Of a stretch of DNA of 64,000 nucleotides, positions 31,395-42,559 are shown one piece after another. Within the stretch, counting starts at the first letter, position 1. Every line of letters begins with the position of its first letter. The position numbers and the translations under genes were made by a program. The notes under the pieces were generated by a model, which was given only the letters and a program-made list of their open reading frames with translations, was not told where the DNA came from and did not search any database. Origin of the DNA: Meyerozyma guilliermondii (lineage: Eukaryota); assembly GCA_051546255.1 (NCBI GenBank), contig CP128818.1:62001-126000 (forward strand), written 5' to 3'.

Positions 31395-33114
31395 ATGGTA
31401 TTGAACGCATCGTCTGCTACTGCTCACCTCAAAACCTACAAGTCCAAGGATGGTTTGGACGTCAAAACCTTGATTGACTCCAGCAACTTTGGTGGCTTGA
31501 CTTATAATGACTTTTTGGTGTTGCCAGGTTTGATTAACTTTGCATCTTCTGGGGTGTCATTGGACACCAAGCTCACCAAGAAGATCACTTTGAGATCGCC
31601 TTTCGTTTCTTCGCCTATGGACACCGTCACTGAAGAAAACATGGCCATTCACATGGCTTTGTTGGGAGGTATTGGTATTATTCATCACAACTGTACTGCC
31701 GATGAACAAGCTGAAATGGTCAGAAAGGTGAAGAAATATGAGAATGGGTTCATCAGTGACCCAGTTGTGATTTCTCCAGATGTTTCTATTGGAGAAGTGA
31801 AGCAAATGAAGGCCACCATGGGTTTTACTTCGTTTCCTGTAACTGGTAAGTGTTGAGTTTTTCTTTTTGTTTGTTTTCTCTATGATGATCAAAATCACAT
31901 TTTATAACTTTCGTTCTACCGATTTCATCAAACGATGATGTGGAGAAATTTGTTACTGAAGAAAATCGAGATATTCTTTTGTGCTTTTACTAACTTTAGA
32001 AACAGGCAAAGTTGGAGGAAAATTGGTTGGTATTGTCACCTCGCGTGATGTCCAATTCCAAGAAGACCTTGATGCCAAGGTCTCAACCGTCATGACTACC
32101 GATTTGATCACCGGAAAGCAAGGTATCACTTTGACTGAAGGTAACGAATTGTTGAGAAGTTCCAAAAAGGGTAAGTTGCCTATTGTTGATGGACAAGGAA
32201 ATTTGGTTTCAATGATCTCGTTGACCGACTTGCAAAAGAACCAGACCTATCCTCTTGCCTCTAAATCGTTCCACTCCAAGCAATTGTTGTGTGGAGCTGC
32301 CATTGGTACCATTGACGCTGACAAGGAGAGATTGGAGAAATTGGTCGAAGCTGGTTTGGACGTGGTTGTTTTGGACTCTTCCAACGGTTCGTCGATTTTC
32401 CAAATTAATATGATCAAGTGGATCAAGTCCAAGTTCCCAGAGTTGCAAATTATTGCTGGTAACGTTGTCACCAGAGAACAAGCTGCTTTATTGATCGAGG
32501 CTGGTGCTGATGCCTTGAGAATTGGTATGGGATCCGGATCGATTTGTATTACTCAAGAAGTCATGGCTTGCGGTAGACCTCAAGGAACTGCTGTATACAA
32601 TGTGACCGAGTTTGCCAACCAATTCGGTGTTCCTTGTATTGCCGATGGTGGTATTGGAAACATTGGACACATCACCAAAGCTTTGGCTCTTGGTGCTTCG
32701 TGTGTCATGATGGGTGGTTTGTTGGCTGGTACCGCCGAGACCCCAGGTGAGTACTTTTACAGAGATGGAAAGAGATTGAAATCTTACCGTGGGATGGGTT
32801 CCATTGATGCTATGCAACAAACCGCTACCAATGCCAACGCTTCGACTTCGAGATACTTCTCCGAGTCTGACAAGGTTTTGGTGGCCCAGGGTGTTGCTGG
32901 AGCTGTTGTGGACAAGGGATCCATCATCAAGTTTATTCCATACTTGTACAATGGATTACAACATTCTTTGCAAGACATTGGTATTCAATCGATTGAGGAA
33001 TTGAGAACCAAGGTTGATGCTGGAGAGGTGAGATTTGAGTTCAGAACTGCTTCTGCCCAATTCGAGGGTGGTGTTCACGGGTTGCACTCTTACGAAAAGA
33101 GATTGCACAACTAA
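31395..33114 (+). CDS. IMH3: Inosine-5'-monophosphate dehydrogenase (exon 1 31395-31845, exon 2 32000-33114)
   Basis: [41 protein letters not shown]; the splice joins FPVT-E-TGK. Confidence 0.96.
31846..31999 (+). other. Spliceosomal intron (154 nt) in IMD/IMH3
   Basis: GTAAGT at 31846, TACTAAC at 31988-31994, TAG ending at 31999. Confidence 0.93.
31875..31966 (+). ncRNA. snR54: Intronic box C/D snoRNA, snR54-like (18S Am974-equivalent)
   Basis: C box ATGATGA 31882-31888, guide ATAACTTTCGTTCTA before D' CCGA, D box CTGA 31956-31959, flanking TTTTCT/AGAAAA stem; S. cerevisiae snR54 lies in the IMD4 intron. Confidence 0.88.
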
Positions 33115-33178
33115 TAGTTTGTGTATTCAATGTATGATAAGCGAAGGTTGCATTTTCCTGCATGTAAAAGGGTTAAAT

Positions 33179-33220
33179 GGGTGCAAATTACCAATGGGTG
33201 CAAATTAACCATTGGGTGCA
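33179..33220. repeat. Three tandem GGGTGCA (TGCACCC) units spaced 17-18 nt apart
   Basis: GGGTGCA at 33179-33185, 33196-33202 and 33214-33220. Confidence 0.75.
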
Positions 33221-33284
33221 TTATTAGACACGATTCATATATACTCTATTTCAAAGTTCTTCTTCTCATTCCTATTCCTTTATT

Positions 33285-35198
33285 TTAGCGGAAGAGATAC
33301 AATATCTTTTCCTTTGTTGTTTTAGGCTCGTACTTTTCCTGATCGGGCTTGGTTGGGTCCTTTCCGTTCTGGCCCTCTATGGCATTGTGAGTATCGCCCA
33401 AGTAGTAGTTGGTTTGCATGAAACTGATGAGGAAATTGAGAAATTCCAAAGCAATTGGAGGTGCAAACATGTAAACTGCAACATACGAATATGCTTTGAT
33501 GGCACCTTGTCTTGCATCAGAATCATAAGGTAATGCACGCAACGAACTAACGTCAGAATAGAACCCAAACACTTCTTCATCACTATAGGTATCAGGGATA
33601 AATCTTCTCAAGTAACCAGGCAACTTTGACGACCAAATTGGAGCAGAAATGGTGTACCCAATAGCACTTCCTACTGTTGACCAAAGAAGTAATAAAGACA
33701 TTACCAACGACAAGTCTTGATGAGGTACAGATGCCTGGGACGAGATTTGGGTACCAATGGTGGAGTATGCCGAACCAAAACCCATCAATACCTGACACAT
33801 GACATACAGACCAGTATTAGCTGTGGTTCCTTGTGCGCGAAGAGGAAGACAGTAAGATACGCATCTGATCAAGATTCCAAACGATTGCATGTACTTGTAA
33901 CGGTGGGTGATTCTGCAAGTGATTCCAGCGACAATACCAAAGAAACACAACGACATGGTCAAGGTATTATTAAAGTAGGTCCAATTTTGGTCAGACCAGT
34001 CTTTGGCAATCCACACGATAGTTGACAAATACTGCAGTCTGATTCCATCTGCCAACATGTAGATGAAGTTGATGATGATACAGGTTATGAAAGTCTTATT
34101 CTTGATGATTCTTTTTGGCATTGAAGGAAAAGGAGCCCAAAAGATTTCATAAAACACAAAAATGATCAACAATAATGGTCCAACAACAAGCATAGCAATG
34201 AGACTGGGATTCTTCCAGCCATCTTGGGCGTAAGTGTACAAAGAAAATGGTAACAAGAGCAACGACCATCCGAAACCTAAAAGAAGTAAACCCAAGGCAT
34301 CAATTTCAATGGCAGAATCCCAAATAATCTTTTGAAGAGTCTTCTTTGGTCTGACAACTTTGGGTACGTATTTTTGTGCCTTGTTCTCAAAATGGTACAT
34401 TACACCAATTGCTGGCAAAACCACTACTGGCATAATAATGGCAAACATACCGTAACCCCACCGCCAATTGCGTTTCAAAATGGCTTCCACAATCAACCCG
34501 GAAAACCAAATATTGATAAGGTATGGACTAGTCATGATTCCATTAACAACTCCTCTCCATTTCAAGTCGGTCAAGTCAGCTACAATCACATCTTTCAAGA
34601 AAGACACTCCATTGGAACCTACGGTAGTAAGTACTGAACCCACCACATAAGCTCCAATGGTAGAAGACGAAGCTGCGATAACGGTACCAACTGTATAAAA
34701 GAGCAAAGAAACTCCAAAACAGATTGGTCTTGAAGTAATATCGGAAAACTTTGCCTGAAAAGGTTGCACAACAGAGCCAATAATCAGGGTAGCGATATTG
34801 ACAGTGGATATCATCGAATGTCTACTGAAACTCGAAGTCGCTGGAACAGAATAATTGCTGGTAGTAGACCCGTCTAATGACAAAACCCAAGCAATTACCA
34901 AGAGACATGTACAGAAAGCAATGGTGATGATTTTTCCATTCTTGGCCGAGCTCATCATTACCTTGACATTTTCAATTCTTCTCACTCCTCTTGACTTTAC
35001 ATACTCTGTGGAGGTGTCGGAGCTCACCAAATGAAGCTCTGTTTCTGATTCTGATGCATTTTGAGCATTTTCGGATTCTGATTCAAGTTTGTTGGAACCA
35101 GAATTAGTAGAAATTGCAGTAGATTTTGCAACCGCTGGTTCCTGAATACTTTTTCCAGAAATGGAGTGGACAGAATCAGTGATCTTTTCCGAAGACAT
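33285..35198 (-). CDS. Siderophore-iron MFS transporter (ARN/SIT family)
   Basis: SRGVRRIE, ATSSFSRHS, AKFSDITSR, ADLTDLKWRG, WRWGYGMFAII, QASVPHQDL; multi-pass membrane protein. Confidence 0.9.
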   Translation of the reverse strand: MSSEKITDSVHSISGKSIQEPAVAKSTAISTNSGSNKLESESENAQNASESETELHLVSSDTSTEYVKSRGVRRIENVKVMMSSAKNGKIITIAFCTCLLVIAWVLSLDGSTTSNYSVPATSSFSRHSMISTVNIATLIIGSVVQPFQAKFSDITSRPICFGVSLLFYTVGTVIAASSSTIGAYVVGSVLTTVGSNGVSFLKDVIVADLTDLKWRGVVNGIMTSPYLINIWFSGLIVEAILKRNWRWGYGMFAIIMPVVVLPAIGVMYHFENKAQKYVPKVVRPKKTLQKIIWDSAIEIDALGLLLLGFGWSLLLLPFSLYTYAQDGWKNPSLIAMLVVGPLLLIIFVFYEIFWAPFPSMPKRIIKNKTFITCIIINFIYMLADGIRLQYLSTIVWIAKDWSDQNWTYFNNTLTMSLCFFGIVAGITCRITHRYKYMQSFGILIRCVSYCLPLRAQGTTANTGLYVMCQVLMGFGSAYSTIGTQISSQASVPHQDLSLVMSLLLLWSTVGSAIGYTISAPIWSSKLPGYLRRFIPDTYSDEEVFGFYSDVSSLRALPYDSDARQGAIKAYSYVAVYMFAPPIALEFLNFLISFMQTNYYLGDTHNAIEGQNGKDPTKPDQEKYEPKTTKEKILYLFR

Positions 35199-36369
35199 TT
35201 TCAGTACAGAAAGTTGAGAAGATAGTCTTCTTAAATACTAGTTGCAACGGAGTTAGTGCCAAGATTTGCGGGTGCTCATGCAAGTGCCATGCAAGTACCA
35301 TGCAACAGGATGAGGCGGCTAGTGCATTAAGGGCAATCCAAAGACCATTGAGCTCCAGACTTAGAAGGACAATTTTAACAAACAATGAAAGTATCTCATA
35401 GCTGGAAAGGTGCTGTGGCAGGTAAACTGGCAAAAATGGCATTTGGTTAAAACTCGAGTGCTGCATTCCGGCCCCGTTTTGACAGATGCGGCTTGTGCAT
35501 TAGAACTGAAAAAATCGAGACAACATTCTCATGATTGGATAAATTTCAAGCCGCAAACAGCAAAATTCATGCATACGAGCCTCTGAGAGAGGTAATTCAT
35601 GCGGATGCATGCATATTTAGAATAGCTGAAAAATGACAACTTGATGGTTTTGGCCTCCCCAAAAACTCTCTGAGACAGTTCCAAGCATGCACAAGTCATT
35701 TCACTACGTGTGGCTATCTTCGGCGCTTCCCAAAAGCTTCATCTGGGCCCAATTGCTTGACTCGCATTTTTCTTTTTTTTTTTCACTGATGAATCTGATA
35801 AAGCGATTTCGGAAAAAGCGAACTCGGAAATAAATTTTCTGCATTGTTCATGCAAACAATTTGAAAAATCGTTTCCAAGACTGGCATTTATGCATACTAT
35901 CGTAGCCGCAATCGGATCAGGTTACAGTTACGAGCTTGAAATACTAAGAACCTCAGGATTGGTGGAGTGAAAATGAGAGTCCAGAGTATAGTCTGCAATA
36001 GCATGGTATGGAACCATTCTCAACATTCCGGTCAAAGTGAGAAATTACCTTGGCACAAAGTGCGTTGAATAGCTAACAGAAGTAGCTTGGGGTATTCTTC
36101 TTAGCCGCATTAACATGGGATGAGCTAATTGATGCACAGTCTATAAAACTTTCTGTGCAGCAACAGGAAATGGAAAAGAACAAACCAGGTACACACAATG
36201 ACCACCATAATGAAAGGAACGATAATGACTAGACATGCAAAATTTCCAGAGCGTTATGACCAGAAAGGGAAGCAAGCATCAGCTGAGTTAGACATACTCA
36301 AAGCTAAAGCTGATCTGAGTAAGATCATGTCAAAGCTTAAGACCTGAGTTGTCCCATTCTCGCTTTCCT

Positions 36370-38007
36370 CTATGCAGCTACGGTACATGCCCCAGGATTT
36401 TTCAAGCAGTACTTTGGAGCCACTGGTGTTGGATGATGACCAAGACTCACCAAATATTCTCGAAATGCGAGAAGTCGTTGTCCAAAGTCTTCTAGACGCA
36501 ATTGGCCCTTTTCGTTCAAGTTTCCACTCCAGGAGAGTTCTGCTAGTGCAGCAGCTCGGGGCCATAGTTTCTGGGTCAAGATATTACTGTCTACTTGCTC
36601 AGACCAAAGTGGAGCTTCATATCCCAAGATATGACTTTTTTCAGTTTCCGTCAACGAACCAGTTATGTTCATGGAGTAGATCCGCTGCCATGTCTTGTAG
36701 GGACCACACCATGAGTCTCTTCCATTATAGTTCCAGTTGTAATTTGTGACGTTTTCGACATACCTAATGTCGTTTGTGAAGAAAGTTCCAACTCCACAAT
36801 CGAGATATAAGAACGAGGAAGACGAAATTATTACATCATAGCCACGAGAGGCTAATTGCTGGATATTAGTGTGTTCTCTCCAAGACTGCAAAATAACGTC
36901 TTTGGGCAAGTTAGATGCATTGACAGAAGAAAGTAAAACGTCTTCCCACATAATAAGCCTTCTGGCTTTTTTATTTTTGAAAATGGGTAACGCTTCATCA
37001 AGCCAATGGTCTATCAAACCCAGAAACCCTCTTTTGCTGTGACTCTCAAGCCATGTTCTAATTGACAAAGATGAGTTATAGCACCCAACAGACACCTCAT
37101 CGGAACCGACATGAAAAAGATTATCAGAAAATGCCAGTGAAACTTCATCATACACTTCCTTAACCACATCATAGGTTTTGTTCAAGATCAAATTCAATTG
37201 ACCAGGCGGTGGTTCTACTGCAGTTGACTGCTTTTCCCAGTCAGTATCACCACAAATCACCAACTCAGCATCGTTTCTTCTCCATCCTGCTCTAGCATGG
37301 CCTGGCATGTCGATCTCAGGAATTATTCTGATGGCTCTTTGGCGACCATATGAAACTATAGCTTGAATATCAGCTCGAGTGTAAACTTCCTGACTAGAGT
37401 ATGCATCTAGAGCCATCTCTGGGTGAGATTCAAGTACTATGGGCCACGACTGGGTATCCACAAGGTGCCAATGAAGAGTGTTCATTTTGGAAAGTGCCAT
37501 GATATCGATCTGTTCGAGTATAGAATTGACCGTCAAGTAATTTCGGGCACTATCTATCATAAGGCCTCGATGTGGGTAGAGTGGTTTGTCCTTGATGTGC
37601 AACTCTTGTATAAACAAACCAGCGGCCGCCAATTGTTGTATTGTTGTAAAACTGTGTAGGATTCCCCATCTGGTTTTACTGCTAATTTCAATACTTGATG
37701 TTTGTGGCTTTACTTTCACCTCGTATGATTCATCTACTCCCATTTGAAGATCAGCATCAGCATCTTCAATATAAACATTGAATACACACGGCAGGGCATT
37801 TAGGGTTAGTTTCTGGTCAATTATCGCAGACACCATACGGTCAAACCCTTGAAGAACAATAGAATCAAGAACATTAGAATTCAAATAACAGGCTGAAGAC
37901 AACTTTAAGTGTCCATTTCCTACTTTTTCCACGTATTTGGGAGCAGGAAGAAGACCCACCGCTGCAAGAATTACCCCAGCATAAAGTGCAAAGATAAGAT
38001 ATCGCAT
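36370..38007 (-). CDS. HEX1: Secreted beta-N-acetylhexosaminidase (GH20)
   Basis: Signal peptide at ATG 38007; D.P.YPHRGLMIDSARN, KMNTLHWHLVDTQSWP, PEIDMPGH, HVGSDEV, YLDCG, WCGPYKTWQRIY, WSEQ. Confidence 0.92.
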   Translation of the reverse strand: MRYLIFALYAGVILAAVGLLPAPKYVEKVGNGHLKLSSACYLNSNVLDSIVLQGFDRMVSAIIDQKLTLNALPCVFNVYIEDADADLQMGVDESYEVKVKPQTSSIEISSKTRWGILHSFTTIQQLAAAGLFIQELHIKDKPLYPHRGLMIDSARNYLTVNSILEQIDIMALSKMNTLHWHLVDTQSWPIVLESHPEMALDAYSSQEVYTRADIQAIVSYGRQRAIRIIPEIDMPGHARAGWRRNDAELVICGDTDWEKQSTAVEPPPGQLNLILNKTYDVVKEVYDEVSLAFSDNLFHVGSDEVSVGCYNSSLSIRTWLESHSKRGFLGLIDHWLDEALPIFKNKKARRLIMWEDVLLSSVNASNLPKDVILQSWREHTNIQQLASRGYDVIISSSSFLYLDCGVGTFFTNDIRYVENVTNYNWNYNGRDSWCGPYKTWQRIYSMNITGSLTETEKSHILGYEAPLWSEQVDSNILTQKLWPRAAALAELSWSGNLNEKGQLRLEDFGQRLLAFREYLVSLGHHPTPVAPKYCLKNPGACTVAA

Positions 38008-38107
38008 TGTAATGAGAAACGATGTAAGATAATTTGTGCGAAACAAAGGTGACGTAAGAAACTGCGATTTGAGAGCATATGAACAAAACATACCTGGTAT
38101 TAGCGAA

Positions 38108-38195
38108 CGCAACAAGAAATGTTAGAACAAAAGACATCAGAACAAGAAACAAGAAACATCAAACATCAAACAATAAAACATCAAAAATCAAACAG
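38108..38195. repeat. A-rich low-complexity repeats (AACAAGA / AACATCA)
   Basis: aacaagaaacaagaaacatcaaacatcaaacaataaaacatcaaaaatcaaac. Confidence 0.5.
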
Positions 38196-38274
38196 ATTTG
38201 CAGCCAATCTGCAGAAAATTTGCAACCATTTCAAAACCAATTTGCAACCATTCAGCTTGCATTAAATCAAGATT

Positions 38275-39312
38275 TCACTTATTCAACAAGTCCCGCGTGG
38301 ACGCAGCTACTGATTCAGCAGCGGGAATTGGAGTCCAATCAAAAAATTCCTGTGCTTTTTTCAGCGAACAAGATTGACGTAATCCCAAAAGAGGCACCGA
38401 AGCCCTCAATGGTGGAACGATATATGACAACGCTCTGATCAAATAACTGGAAGTGGCTGATTTGGGCAAGTTGCTGATCTGTTGTTGAGTAAGTTCGGGT
38501 TTCATCATGTTTGCAATATCCACAAGTGAATAAACCTTCTCTGATTCGCTAAGAATAAACCGTTCATTCTTTGCTTCCGGCTTCTCCATTGCCAAGATAT
38601 GTAGTTTAGCAACATCCCTTACATCTACAATACCATATGCAACATCGGGACACACCCATTTAAGTTTTCCCTTGGCAAAAAAGTCAATAATAATAACCGA
38701 AGAAGGTGCCTTGCTTCTATCATAAACTGGACCATAGATTCCCACGGGGTTCAACACCACCAACTCAATTGGATGAGAAGACTCCATATTGTTTTTGGAT
38801 CTGACAAACTCCCATGCAGCTCTCTCGGATTTGGCTTTAGACTTGATATACGCATCTTTGGTGGTACTTTCATCAGAAAAGTCATCCTCGGTGTAGATGT
38901 CTTTGGGAACTTTTGAGGCTGTAACAGCAGCAGAAGAGGACGTTTGTACAACCCTCTTTACCGATTTTGATTCGGATGCAAATTTTAACACCCTTTTAGT
39001 CCCTTCCACAGCAGTAGCAATCATGGATTCAGCATGAGGATTTTGTGACGAAGGAACCGGAGAAGCCACATGACACACATAGGTCGCTCCCTGCATCACC
39101 TCTGCCCATCCCGAATCATCTTGCAAATCAGCCACCATATATTCGATTCGATCTTCGGGGTCAACTGCGGCTTGCTTAAGTGCATCTTTCAATAAAGCCT
39201 CTTTTTTAGCATCTCGTACAGTAGCCCGAACATGATATCCCTGCCGAAGAAGTTCGGCTACGCAATGCGTACCCACGTACCCAGTTCCACCGGTCACAAC
39301 CACTATTGTCAT
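38275..39312 (-). CDS. Extended SDR, NAD(P)-dependent aldehyde reductase/epimerase (Gre2/DFR-like)
   Basis: TGGTGYVG Rossmann motif, HVASP, TSSSAAV, catalytic YIKSK; ATG at 39312. Confidence 0.9.
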   Translation of the reverse strand: MTIVVVTGGTGYVGTHCVAELLRQGYHVRATVRDAKKEALLKDALKQAAVDPEDRIEYMVADLQDDSGWAEVMQGATYVCHVASPVPSSQNPHAESMIATAVEGTKRVLKFASESKSVKRVVQTSSSAAVTASKVPKDIYTEDDFSDESTTKDAYIKSKAKSERAAWEFVRSKNNMESSHPIELVVLNPVGIYGPVYDRSKAPSSVIIIDFFAKGKLKWVCPDVAYGIVDVRDVAKLHILAMEKPEAKNERFILSESEKVYSLVDIANMMKPELTQQQISNLPKSATSSYLIRALSYIVPPLRASVPLLGLRQSCSLKKAQEFFDWTPIPAAESVAASTRDLLNK

Positions 39313-39718
39313 GTACAAGTTAACAATATAGGATCGGACTCCGCGGCGACTCTGAAATGTCAAATGCACCACCCTGCATGCACAATGCAGGGCTTATGCA
39401 GCTTCGTTTTTGACACATGGAAGCGAGTCGACACTGGCACCAATTGGACCCCGCACAACATCCTAACAAAAGCCTCCAATTTTTCATAGCAACCAGTTAC
39501 CAGGTGAAAAGCGAATTGCACTGTCAGTAGCAGCAAAATCATCAACTTTTCACAGTCACTTGCAGTAAGTTGCTGCAATTGCCTCATGCTCTCACACTGG
39601 AGTCGACTCCGCAATCTCCGCTACGTGCATCAACCGGCCGGCATACAATACTTGCATATGATAGGTGTGAACCCCACATATAACTAGGACGGCGCCAACT
39701 CCTTTTCTTTATCTGAAA

Positions 39719-41212
39719 ATGTTGAGTGCTACATATGTCATCTTGACACTCGTCGCATTTTTCACTGTGAGACAGGTGATCATCACCATCAAGAGGCGCA
39801 AATTTGCGAGAGAACATGGCTGCCAAAATTTTACCAAAACCGTAGGAATGGTGCTGGTAATTGACAATATTAAAAAGGTCTACAAAGCTCGTCGCGAGGG
39901 TAGACTCACGGAGCAGTTGCAGGAATCTTATGACCTTTATGGAGTGGACACTTTTCAGGCTCGTGCCATTGGAACGCTGGCGGTGTTCACTCGTCACCCT
40001 GAGAACATTAAGGCGATGATTGCAACTCAATTCGACGACTTTGATATTGGAAAACGCCAGCAAGTGTTTAGACCCTTGTTAGGTTTTGGTATCTTTGCTG
40101 CGGAGGGACAAAGATGGAAACATTCAAGAGCAATGTTGCGGCCTCAATTTGCTCGGGAGCAGGTTGCTCACGTCCAGCTGCTTGAAGTTCACTTGCAGAA
40201 TTTCGTCAAGCTCATAAAAGAGCAAAATGGCAGTTTTTTCGATATCCAGCATTTGTTTCACCGGTTGACAATGGATGCCAGTACCGAATTTCTCTTTGGT
40301 GAATCTGTGGGTTCGTTGAAATCACCCAATAATGAATTTGAGGCTGCTTTTAACACCTCCCAACACTACTTGACCATGAGAGCTACTCTTCGTGGAGCCT
40401 ACTTTCTCGTTAATCCCAAAGAATTCAGAGATGCCAACGAAGTTATCTTCAAGACCGTTCGTTATTACGTCAACAAGGCCCTCAATACCAGTCCCCAGGA
40501 GCTCGCTAAGCAAACAGAAGAGGGCTACACTTTTCTTTATCAGCTCGTGAACCAAACTAGAGACCCCCAAGTACTTCAGGACGAAATGTTGAGTATTATG
40601 TTGGCTGGTAGAAACACCACCGCCAGTCTTTTATCGTTCCTTTTCTTGGAACTTTCCCGCAACAAGCACATCTGGAAAAAGCTTCGTGAAGAGGTTCATG
40701 AACACTTTGGAAACGGAGAAAATGCCCGGTTGGAAGATATTACTTTTGAATCGATGAAACGGTGCAACTACTTAAAATGGGTCATCAATGAAACTCTCCG
40801 TATGTATCCCTCGGTTCCTACCAATTTCAGGCATGCTGCCAAAGATACGACGCTTCCTAGAGGTGGAGGACCCACTGGTGACTCGCCGGTTTTCATCAAA
40901 AAGAATACCGACGTCTACTACACCATCTACAGTACTCACAGAATGAAAGAGTACTATGGAAAAGATGCGGAGGAGTTCCGTCCAGAGAGATGGGCCGATT
41001 TGAAGAATATCGGTTGGGCATATATGCCGTTCAGTAGCGGTCCTAGGATATGTTTGGGACAGCAGTTTGCTCTCACCGAGGCATCTTACATCACTATTCG
41101 TCTAGCACAAATTTTCACCGAGTTGGACACTAGCGACCATGCGTACCCGCCTTTGAAAATTGCCAATGCCACAATGAGACCAATGAACGGAGTGAATGTT
41201 AGATTTCAATGA
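39719..41212 (+). CDS. Cytochrome P450, CYP52 (alkane/fatty acid hydroxylase) family
   Basis: PENIKAMIATQF, WKHSRAMLRPQF, LAGRNTTA, ETLRMYP, FRPERW, heme motif FSSGPRICLG. Confidence 0.93.
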   Translation: MLSATYVILTLVAFFTVRQVIITIKRRKFAREHGCQNFTKTVGMVLVIDNIKKVYKARREGRLTEQLQESYDLYGVDTFQARAIGTLAVFTRHPENIKAMIATQFDDFDIGKRQQVFRPLLGFGIFAAEGQRWKHSRAMLRPQFAREQVAHVQLLEVHLQNFVKLIKEQNGSFFDIQHLFHRLTMDASTEFLFGESVGSLKSPNNEFEAAFNTSQHYLTMRATLRGAYFLVNPKEFRDANEVIFKTVRYYVNKALNTSPQELAKQTEEGYTFLYQLVNQTRDPQVLQDEMLSIMLAGRNTTASLLSFLFLELSRNKHIWKKLREEVHEHFGNGENARLEDITFESMKRCNYLKWVINETLRMYPSVPTNFRHAAKDTTLPRGGGPTGDSPVFIKKNTDVYYTIYSTHRMKEYYGKDAEEFRPERWADLKNIGWAYMPFSSGPRICLGQQFALTEASYITIRLAQIFTELDTSDHAYPPLKIANATMRPMNGVNVRFQ

Positions 41213-41588
41213 TCTTTATATGAAATGAATATTTGCAGCCATTTAGGTACTGCACAAACTCAAAACCGTTGGATCGAAAAGCGGTTCTCAGCGCACAATT
41301 ACATAAACACCTCATAAGTGGCTGGAGCCAAGATTAGCCAAGAATATGTGCGATGCATGCATGACAGGTCTGTATGCAGTACATTGACTTCAAAATATTT
41401 TTTCTGGACAATTTTCTTGGCGCCTTGCATCCTCGGCCAGTGTTTTTAGTTTGACGAGCCAAATGCGGCAAAATCACTGCACCAAGCTGCGCGCGGTGCG
41501 GAGACGAATTGAATGCCGAGACCAAGTCAAAATCGTGTGGCTTAAAGGCGCGGAGACGGAAACGGACACCACCTGGCCGGAACCCGGT

Positions 41589-42513
41589 GCGGGGCTATTG
41601 TGGGGCACCTGTCGATATTTTCCACCCCGCGTATGACCCCACCTCATTCGTCAGATAATGCGAAGCACTGTAATATGCAGCGCCAATATAGAGATACGTA
41701 TGAGCCCTGCGCCAAGAACTAACACCGAAATAACTTGGTGATTTACTGGAGATGTGAGTAAATTGTTGGTGATTTCTCCTCACTTTGACCCCGGGAATGA
41801 TCGGCTCGCCACGTCTTGCCTGAGCGATTATTTTTGCAAAGGCTGAATCCCAGCTTACGTACGCTAACCCCACCATTCGACGCATGGCCCCAATGGGGTA
41901 TCGGCCATGCCTGCACACAAGCCGTGCGCGCGCCTCGCCTCGGAACCCCAGCTATAGTTGCCGTACGAGATGGCGGGCGTGCGGACGTTGGGTATAGTGC
42001 AGGGCCCATTGTTTTTGTTTCCCCCCAACACACGGTATATGCAACTATAAAGCAACAATGGCGTCACTAGCCCTTTCCGGAGAAACTTACATATGCATTG
42101 TTTGGGGAAGTGGGGACATGTCGGTATGCACGCCCCGATATCTATCATTTCTTTTTTGCAGAAAAATTTCTTGACATAATGTCAAGTGTGCATGAAGCTG
42201 CAGCGGCCCGACCTCAGTTGCTGCGACCCCGCGTGGTTTTCTATAGGCAGTAAACATCACCAAACATTCCAAAACATCACCAAGACCAACTCCAGAGCAG
42301 TATGGGACGGTGTTCTAGACCACGCGTCGAATGCAAAACCCCACATGTATCTTTGGCTCGGGACCCGGGTTCATAAATGTGCAGTCTTCGTCCGCGCGGC
42401 GCTCGCAACCATGCGGCGCGGCTACCTAGAACCAAACGTCATCATGCGTTGCAAATGGCGCTAGATGCTACCAGCTTAGTAAAAATATTATTCGCTGGCT
42501 ACTACTATATAAA
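41589..42513 (+). promoter_or_regulatory. Long GC-rich STL1 promoter with multiple Mig1/CreA-type SYGGRG boxes and a TATA
   Basis: SYGGGG or CCCCRS at 41589, 41600, 41625, 41637, 41868, 41946, 42110, 42227 and 42339; TATATAAA near 42506. Confidence 0.55.
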
Positions 42514-42559
42514 TGCCGGTTCCTCGGCCACCAGTTTCTAGTCTTTTCTTTTCGCAAAT

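Noticed and set aside
36198..36347. 49-codon plus-strand ORF downstream of a TATAAA
   Set aside because: No recognisable motif or codon signal; within chance length
41213..42559. Short ORFs in the GC-rich CYP52-STL1 gap
   Set aside because: Overlapping ORFs on both strands without motifs; better explained as promoter DNA
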